Below are positions 1 through 5,743 of a stretch of DNA of 34,650 nucleotides, piece by piece. The notes beneath the pieces were generated by a model. It had not been told where the DNA came from and made no database searches. It worked only from the letters and a program-made list of their open reading frames with translations. The stretch lies in the IMG/VR virus record IMGVR_UViG_3300005747_000265; one strand, given 5' to 3'. The stretch's first letter is position 1. Every line of letters begins with the position of its first letter. Position numbers and translations under genes: made by a program. Source of the stretch: a virus.

Positions 1-51
1 GCTTCCCTGATGATTATGTTTCTATGGTTAGCAATACGCAAGGCTACAAAG
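1..51. repeat. Terminal direct repeat copy 1 (circular-assembly overlap)
   Basis: Exact 51/51 identity with 34600..34650 (gcttccctgatgattatg...ggctacaaag), read directly from the sequence. Confidence 0.9.
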
Positions 52-110
52 GGCTAGGCAATAGTTTTACTGTGCCAGTAATTAAACACTTAATTCAATC
101 AATAAAATGA
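1..110 (+). CDS. C-terminal end of DNA (cytosine-5)-methyltransferase; same ORF as 33537..34650 read across the circular junction
   Basis: The frame of 33537..34650 continues into codons starting at base 3: FPDDYVSMVSNTQGYKGLGNSFTVPVIKHLIQSIK*. GNSFTVPV is C5-MTase motif X. Stop is TGA 108..110. Confidence 0.85.
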   Translation, partial: FPDDYVSMVSNTQGYKGLGNSFTVPVIKHLIQSIK

Positions 111-367
111 CAAATAAAAACAAAGTATTAAAAGACTTATTAGTAAGTTATGAGGGGTTTTTATGTTTCTTACATAATAATCAATATAGACTTAAAAAAC
201 ATAAAGATTATAGAGATTTTGTATTAGATCAGTGCAAAATAAGAATTGACGAATTAGAGAATTTTTATAGTGAAATCATTGAAGAAGATGATATAACGGA
301 TGAATTTTGGGATAGGTTTCATTTATTCTTAAAAAAAGAAGATGACTATGAAGAAAAAGACAAGTAA
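107..367 (+). CDS. hypothetical protein (86 aa)
   Basis: ORF whose ATG overlaps the MTase stop (ATGA). No recognisable motif. Confidence 0.5.
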   Translation: MTNKNKVLKDLLVSYEGFLCFLHNNQYRLKKHKDYRDFVLDQCKIRIDELENFYSEIIEEDDITDEFWDRFHLFLKKEDDYEEKDK

Positions 368-722
368 ACAAGAGCGGGCTTATATGGGGCTTGTAGCTGA
401 ATTAGGCTGTATAATCTGTGGAGGAATACCAGAGATACACCACAACACTAAAAACAGGGGTTACGGTGCTAAATCTAGCAATTATGATATAATACCTTTG
501 TGTGTTCGTCACCACCGAGGTGAAGAGGGCATCCACCATATAGGAGTTAAAACTTGGCAAGAAAAATATAAAGATCAAGATGATTTAGTAAAGGTGGTTA
601 AAAGAAGTATTTATGAGTATATAGACTACAATGATTATCGAGAATACGAGGCGAAAAGAATTGGAAAGAGTATCGAAGAGATAGAAAATTATTTATTAAA
701 TAACCCAGCAGAAGAAAAATGA
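342..722 (+). CDS. Ref-like (DUF968-type) HNH nuclease
   Basis: The Cys/His pattern LGCIICGG-x5-HH ... K-x4-D-x2-PLC-x2-HH-x6-IHH resembles phage P1 Ref-family HNH nucleases (from memory). Confidence 0.55.
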   Translation: MTMKKKTSKQERAYMGLVAELGCIICGGIPEIHHNTKNRGYGAKSSNYDIIPLCVRHHRGEEGIHHIGVKTWQEKYKDQDDLVKVVKRSIYEYIDYNDYREYEAKRIGKSIEEIENYLLNNPAEEK

Positions 723-925
723 AAACAGCAAAAGAAAAGAATCAAGAAATAAATAATATTCAAAAAGAAAAAGATAAAATGGCTTCTAATGATAAATTAT
801 ATAATGAAAGTATGTCAAAAGATTCTGGAAAAGATGCTACAGTGCCAAACACCATAATATCAAGATTTAAAATTCAAGGTATAATGCCTCTTGTGGAAAC
901 TCAAAAGGCTAGATATTGGTATTAA
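719..925 (+). CDS. hypothetical protein (68 aa)
   Basis: ORF with a 4-nt overlap with the preceding stop. Lys-rich, no motif. Confidence 0.4.
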   Translation: MKTAKEKNQEINNIQKEKDKMASNDKLYNESMSKDSGKDATVPNTIISRFKIQGIMPLVETQKARYWY

Positions 926-939
926 TCAATAAGTTCAAA

Positions 940-1914
940 ATGAAATATGATTTACTGGGAAATATAATAATTCCAAAAGATATAAAAAACTTTAGAATCC
1001 CTTATATGGGATCTAAAAACAAAATAGCGGTTAATTTATTAAAAGAGATGCTGAAGGTAAAGCCTAATGCGAAATATTTCTATGATCTTTGCGGTGGAGG
1101 TGGCTCAATGTCTTTTACTGCTTCACAATTGGGATTAAAAACTCATTACAACGAATTGCAAACAAGTTTAGTTAAATTCATAGATTATATATTTAATAGG
1201 CTTGAAAAGGGCTTAAAAGGGCAGTATGGATTATTTCCAGATGATTTTTATAAATTTATAGATAGGGATGAGTTTAAGAAGTTAAAAAATGAAGATAGTA
1301 TTAAAGGTCAATTTGCTAGAATATGCTATACCTTTGGCAATAATCAGAAATCTTATTTATTTGGAGATATAGAAAAAACAAGGCATTTAGCTCATGATAT
1401 AGTAATGTTTCAATGTGAAAAGTCTTTGAAAGAGTTTAATAAGCTAAACAAAGTTAATTATACAATTAGTAATGCTAAAACTTGGAATGAAAGAAGGTTG
1501 CATCATAAAACTGAATGGCGTCAACATATGAAAATAAAAGATTGTAAACAACTGAAACAACTGGAACAACTGCAACGACTGGTACAACTGGAACAACTAC
1601 AACAACTGGAACAACTGCAACCTATATTTACAACCTCTAGTCTATCATATAAAGATGTTAAGATCAATACCCCTATTGATGAGACTATAATTTATTTAGA
1701 TCCACCATATAGAAATACTGCTAAATATATTGAGGGTAAAGACTTTAATTATAAAGAATTAGACCAATGGTTTGTAGATAATAAATATACTTGTTTTATG
1801 AGTGAATATAATGCACCGCATAAAGTATTATTTGAAATAGATAAATTAAGCTTGATGGATAATTCAAAAGAAAAAAGGAGAGTGGTAAAAGAAAAATTAT
1901 ATATTAATCAATAA
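940..1914 (+). CDS. D12-class (Dam-like) N6-adenine DNA methyltransferase with internal (Q-L-x)8 repeat
   Basis: PYMGSKNK plus DLCGGGGS (AdoMet motif I) and IIYLDPPY (motif IV) occur in alpha-class order. The ORF track starts at TTG 916; the first in-frame ATG is 940. Confidence 0.8.
   Translation: MKYDLLGNIIIPKDIKNFRIPYMGSKNKIAVNLLKEMLKVKPNAKYFYDLCGGGGSMSFTASQLGLKTHYNELQTSLVKFIDYIFNRLEKGLKGQYGLFPDDFYKFIDRDEFKKLKNEDSIKGQFARICYTFGNNQKSYLFGDIEKTRHLAHDIVMFQCEKSLKEFNKLNKVNYTISNAKTWNERRLHHKTEWRQHMKIKDCKQLKQLEQLQRLVQLEQLQQLEQLQPIFTTSSLSYKDVKINTPIDETIIYLDPPYRNTAKYIEGKDFNYKELDQWFVDNKYTCFMSEYNAPHKVLFEIDKLSLMDNSKEKRRVVKEKLYINQ
1549..1620 (+). repeat. 8 x 9-bp tandem repeat inside the N6A-MTase gene
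   Basis: Units: caactgaaa caactggaa caactgcaa cgactggta caactggaa caactacaa caactggaa caactgcaa. They encode QLKQLEQLQRLVQLEQLQQLEQLQ. Confidence 0.9.
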
Positions 1915-2317
1915 TTTCAAAGTGTGGTAAATCGTTAAATGTTTGATCTTTCATGATATTATCTGAATCCCAATCACCACCCCAACGGATTTTAATATTC
2001 ATCTGGCTTGCTATCCCTTTAACATAACCAGCAAGTAAAATATATCTTTTGTGATTGTTCCAATCTATTGGATAAGGGCAAACATCTACAGCCTGACTAG
2101 GTTGTAAATTATGTTTACTTTTGCCTTTACTAAGCTTTGTTAAACCTTTTTTAAAATAATAGTCTTGTTCGCTGTCTGATCTATACCCACCAATAATAGA
2201 GCAGTCAAAATGTTTTATGACTTCATTAAATAACTTTTGTAATCTCTTATCGCAAGTTTTTAAATTAGCTAAAGATTGTTTAGAAAATTCATATTTAGGC
2301 TTTTTGTTCCAGAACAT
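1904..2317 (-). CDS. endolysin, M15-family peptidase (VanY / L-alanyl-D-glutamate peptidase type)
   Basis: GGYRS-x2-EQ, SKH-x8-D and the C-terminal DLPHFE match Zn-peptidase M15 motifs. It is the last gene of the lysis block. Confidence 0.75.
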   Translation of the reverse strand: MFWNKKPKYEFSKQSLANLKTCDKRLQKLFNEVIKHFDCSIIGGYRSDSEQDYYFKKGLTKLSKGKSKHNLQPSQAVDVCPYPIDWNNHKRYILLAGYVKGIASQMNIKIRWGGDWDSDNIMKDQTFNDLPHFEIID

Positions 2318-2318
2318 A

Positions 2319-2708
2319 TTAGTTTAAGTTTTCTATTGTGTCTACTGTTATTTTTAAGTTGTAATATTTAATTGTATCTTCAATTCTTTTTATATATTTA
2401 AAATCTTTTTTAGATTCGATAATTAATGAGCAAATACCGTGCTTGCCTGTAATTCTGCTATAGTATAATGCTTGAGATAAACACTCATGATGTTTTTTGG
2501 CAAAATCATATTCTATTACTGAATATTTTGTCTCACAATCCACCCTGCCACCATCGACCAGAGTTTCTATACTTCCCCCAATTCTGCCACAATCGACTAC
2601 CTGATAGTCTCTTTCTTTTAATTTAGTCTTGGCGTGTGATAAGTTTGTAAAAAGGAAAAAGCTGGTAAATATTAAAATAATAGAAATAGATTTTTTAATT
2701 ATTTGCAT
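2319..2708 (-). CDS. secreted protein, possible PD-(D/E)XK-like core
   Basis: Signal peptide MQIIKKSISIILIFTSFFLFTNLSHA. The mature part has D..VDCETK...QALYY, weakly reminiscent of restriction-endonuclease-fold motifs. Confidence 0.5.
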   Translation of the reverse strand: MQIIKKSISIILIFTSFFLFTNLSHAKTKLKERDYQVVDCGRIGGSIETLVDGGRVDCETKYSVIEYDFAKKHHECLSQALYYSRITGKHGICSLIIESKKDFKYIKRIEDTIKYYNLKITVDTIENLN

Positions 2709-2710
2709 TT

Positions 2711-3034
2711 TTATTTATTAATTTTTTTTATCCAACCCATTTTATCGAACAAGAATATCATTATATTGACAAAAGATGCAATTAATAATACTTGACTTAT
2801 CAATCCTCCAAAAATATTAGCAATAAATCCAAAAAGCAATGTATTAAAAAATAAGACAATCGCAGGGCTTTCTAACAAGATTCTAATTCTGCTATCGTTT
2901 TCAAAAACCTTTCGCCAGAAAAAAGTTAATTCTGTTAAAGTATTAATATAAAAAGTATAACACAAATTAATTGTTTTTTTAAGAAAAGATTTAGCTTTAC
3001 TTTTTTTTATTACTATTAAGTTATCGTCTGTCAT
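2711..3034 (-). CDS. small membrane protein (lysis block; holin/antiholin-like candidate)
   Basis: 107 aa with long hydrophobic segments (ESPAIVLFFNTLLFGFIANIFGGLISQVLLIASFVNIMIFLF). Confidence 0.5.
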   Translation of the reverse strand: MTDDNLIVIKKSKAKSFLKKTINLCYTFYINTLTELTFFWRKVFENDSRIRILLESPAIVLFFNTLLFGFIANIFGGLISQVLLIASFVNIMIFLFDKMGWIKKINK

Positions 3035-3058
3035 ATTAAAAAATTAATTCATCGTCCA

Positions 3059-3622
3059 TTAAAAATATTTATTATATACTATACCAAAAGCATTTTTAAT
3101 ATTAAACTCATTATTACGATCAAACCAATACAATCCATAATAATTATTATCTTTAAATAATCCAAACCCAAGACCAACTAAAACTGCTGATTTTTTAGTT
3201 ATGACTCCTTGGTAGTTATCATATATATTGGCGTTAGATATTATTATGGCTGGTGATATATTGCCAACAGGGGAGATAAAAGTGTAACCTGTTGAACAAC
3301 TATCGTTTAAAATTTTTCTTTCTATTTTTCCACCTGAAAATCTAATTTTTACTGGCTGTTGAAATACTCTATTAGTTGAACAACTTATAAAAGCTTTTTC
3401 TTTAAATGTAGTTATTCCTACATGAGCAGATTTTAATTGATCTTTTAATCTTCCAAGATGTTCATTTTTGTTTATTTGACTACCTTCACTATTGTAATAT
3501 GTAATTGATTTACCAATAAAAGCTTTGTATTTTATTTCGCTTGCATCTGAATTTTCAATTATTACTAGCAAAATAATTAAGATTATGCAATAAAGCATTG
3601 TGTTTAATACCATATTTTTCAT
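3059..3622 (-). CDS. exported beta-rich protein with aromatic C-terminus (OMP-like?)
   Basis: Start taken at ATG 3622 (TAATG overlap with the holin stop; the ORF track extends to 3643). It has an N-terminal hydrophobic signal or anchor and a Gly/Tyr/Asn-rich body, and ends ...GIVYNKYF. Confidence 0.5.
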   Translation of the reverse strand: MKNMVLNTMLYCIILIILLVIIENSDASEIKYKAFIGKSITYYNSEGSQINKNEHLGRLKDQLKSAHVGITTFKEKAFISCSTNRVFQQPVKIRFSGGKIERKILNDSCSTGYTFISPVGNISPAIIISNANIYDNYQGVITKKSAVLVGLGFGLFKDNNYYGLYWFDRNNEFNIKNAFGIVYNKYF

Positions 3623-4038
3623 TATTCTTTTATTTTTTTCCACTCTCTTATACCCTTTTCTGCTGATCTGCCAATAACATAACCACCTAAGCCAATTTTG
3701 ACAATACTAAATAGTTCTTCTACAATATCTGGATTGTTTATTAAATATTCAGGAGCTAATCCAAAGAAGTAACTGACCACCAACCCCACTAAAGTTAGCA
3801 TTACTAAAGGTCGCCAATTTCTTTGTAGCCAAGACTCGCCCTGTGCTTCGGCTGTTATGATTTTAGATTGTGCTTGTATTAGCTCTTTTTGATAATCTAA
3901 TAATTTAAAAGATAATTCTGCCTCTATCTTTTTAATATCTTTTTGCAGTTCTAGCTTTTCTTCGTCTGATGTGTGTACTTTATCTATAAGTCCTGTTATC
4001 GGCTTTATAACATCGCTTACTATATTAAATAAGTTCAT
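3622..4038 (-). CDS. holin, GTA-type 3TM family
   Basis: An N-terminal coiled region is followed by AEAQGESWLQRNWRP and TM segments. This resembles the 'holin of 3TMs for gene-transfer release' family (from memory). Confidence 0.55.
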   Translation of the reverse strand: MNLFNIVSDVIKPITGLIDKVHTSDEEKLELQKDIKKIEAELSFKLLDYQKELIQAQSKIITAEAQGESWLQRNWRPLVMLTLVGLVVSYFFGLAPEYLINNPDIVEELFSIVKIGLGGYVIGRSAEKGIREWKKIKE

Positions 4039-4064
4039 AAATAAATTATTGATTTATAATTATA

Positions 4065-4346
4065 TTATTTTTTATCGCTTAATAATTCAAGTAATAAGTT
4101 TTCTACATGTTTTTGATTGTTTTTATCATGTCTTTTTACTCCTTCAATTGCATTGTCAAGCTGTTTTTTTAATCGTTCGATCTCTTGCTCCTGATTTTTT
4201 TGATTGTGATTTTTTAACTCTTCAATCTCTTTTTTATTTTGTTCTGATTGCATATTTAATTTATATACAAAAAACAAGACTATTATTATAAAAGGAGTCA
4301 GTTCAGAGTTTGTGATTAATGATGCAATTTTTATTATAATGTCCAC
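4065..4346 (-). CDS. type-II membrane protein with coiled coil (i-spanin-like candidate)
   Basis: GTG start. An N-terminal TM (LTPFIIIVLFFVY) is followed by the charged coil EIEELKNHNQKNQEQEIERLKKQLD. Confidence 0.4.
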   Translation of the reverse strand: MDIIIKIASLITNSELTPFIIIVLFFVYKLNMQSEQNKKEIEELKNHNQKNQEQEIERLKKQLDNAIEGVKRHDKNNQKHVENLLLELLSDKK

Positions 4347-4906
4347 AGCATTTCATCTTTAATGTTATTGCTCAAATTTTCTAAAAGTTTTTTTATTTTT
4401 TCATTACTACATTTTTTTTCTTTGTTTGTGTTTGTTAAAATATAAACAATTATTGTGCCTCTATAATTTTTTATTACAGTAAAGCCTAAATTTTTTATTT
4501 TTCTATTTGTTGCGACTATCATATTTTGTATTGTCTTACAATTTGGTAATTGATTAATATTATCAAATATTCTAGCTTTTTTGTCTTGTGTTGCGTTTAT
4601 AAAGGAATATGTGCATTTATCTATTTCTTTTTTTTCTTTGTATGCAATATTGCCCTGCTTAACATCATTAATAAAATTATCATCTATAAGTGTGAATAGT
4701 TTTGAGTAAGTGTATGTTTTAGTGAAAAATCCCTCTACAGGAATTACTGATAAATAATATCCTGAACCGCACTGTTTTAATACTTTTGTTATTTCTTTTT
4801 GCTCGTAATCATAAAAAGCTCTAATATTAGATCTGTTATAATCTAAATACAGTAAGCAAAATAAGACAAAAATTAATGAAAAAGAAAAGCAAGGTATTTT
4901 TCTCAT
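4334..4906 (-). CDS. exported hypothetical protein (190 aa)
   Basis: N-terminal hydrophobic signal (FSFSLIFVLFCLLYL). No canonical lipobox and no motif. Confidence 0.5.
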   Translation of the reverse strand: MRKIPCFSFSLIFVLFCLLYLDYNRSNIRAFYDYEQKEITKVLKQCGSGYYLSVIPVEGFFTKTYTYSKLFTLIDDNFINDVKQGNIAYKEKKEIDKCTYSFINATQDKKARIFDNINQLPNCKTIQNMIVATNRKIKNLGFTVIKNYRGTIIVYILTNTNKEKKCSNEKIKKLLENLSNNIKDEMLWTL

Positions 4907-4910
4907 GTTG

Positions 4911-5477
4911 TTATAATTCGATTATATCTGCACCCATATTTAACAATATAGAAGCAAGCTCGTTAGGAGTTAAAGTCTTTGGTAGTTCTTTTATTTTTCC
5001 TATTTTGTAATCTGGATAAGCAGCATATTTAGAACAAAAGAAATCTTTTATTTTAGATTTTTTTAAAAATGCAACTTTTAATCTTGATGGAAAAAAGTTT
5101 TCAAAATAACTAATAATCGCCTGTAATGCGTTATATTTTTTACCTAACTGATCTTCCAAAGATTTGTTTATATAGGTTGCTATAGTCTCTGAATAAGCTA
5201 CATTCAGCCTAATAATAAAAACCCTTGTATAACTTTTATTATATTTTATTCTTTCGTTTGCTAGAGTCTTTATGCAACCCTTTCTTTTCCTATCCCAAAA
5301 TGCACTACCTAAGCACTCGTAAATATAACCTTTGCTATATCTTGCACAATGCTCAAATTTATACTTCCTTTCTTTTATGTTTATCTCAACCCCAGTAAAT
5401 CTTTGTATAATCGATCTAAACAAATATTTAAATCTAAATCTTGATTGAAAAAATATAAAATCGTTTTCCTCAAACAT
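4911..5477 (-). CDS. YiiX/YaeF-like permuted papain-fold (NlpC/P60-related) amidase candidate
   Basis: The ordered motifs FEHCARY, IYEC, RVFIIRL, LGKKYN and FFCSKYAAY resemble the C92 family (from memory). Confidence 0.4.
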   Translation of the reverse strand: MFEENDFIFFQSRFRFKYLFRSIIQRFTGVEINIKERKYKFEHCARYSKGYIYECLGSAFWDRKRKGCIKTLANERIKYNKSYTRVFIIRLNVAYSETIATYINKSLEDQLGKKYNALQAIISYFENFFPSRLKVAFLKKSKIKDFFCSKYAAYPDYKIGKIKELPKTLTPNELASILLNMGADIIEL

Positions 5478-5479
5478 AA

Positions 5480-5743
5480 TTAAGAAGTAAGTTCATTTAA
5501 AAAATCTGCAAATTCTTGCTTTTCTTCTACAGTTGCGTTTTCTATGTAAAACTCGTCGCTTTGAATATCTTGTATCATATTAATTAAGTTTTCTTTTTTT
5601 CGCTTTATTTCTTCTGGCAAAGTTTCTTTATAATCTTTTTTTGCTAAATTAAAGTTAGTTAATTTGTTTATTAGTTCGTTTTTATTTGTTAAATTTTTTA
5701 GTGTCATTTTATTTTTTATTTTTATATTCAATACCATACTCAT
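5480..5743 (-). CDS. hypothetical protein (87 aa)
   Basis: ORF directly after the long fiber gene. Charged and coiled-coil-like. Confidence 0.45.
   Translation of the reverse strand: MSMVLNIKIKNKMTLKNLTNKNELINKLTNFNLAKKDYKETLPEEIKRKKENLINMIQDIQSDEFYIENATVEEKQEFADFLNELTS

Noticed and set aside
1-51. Terminal repeat as a genuine phage direct terminal repeat (DTR)
   Set aside because: The repeat lies in the middle of a conserved MTase ORF that is restored by circularisation. It behaves as an assembly overlap.
3971-4291. + strand ORF of 106 aa
   Set aside because: It is antisense to the holin and TM-coiled-coil genes. It sits on the wrong strand for the operon, and its Ile/Leu/Phe-rich translation shows no motifs.
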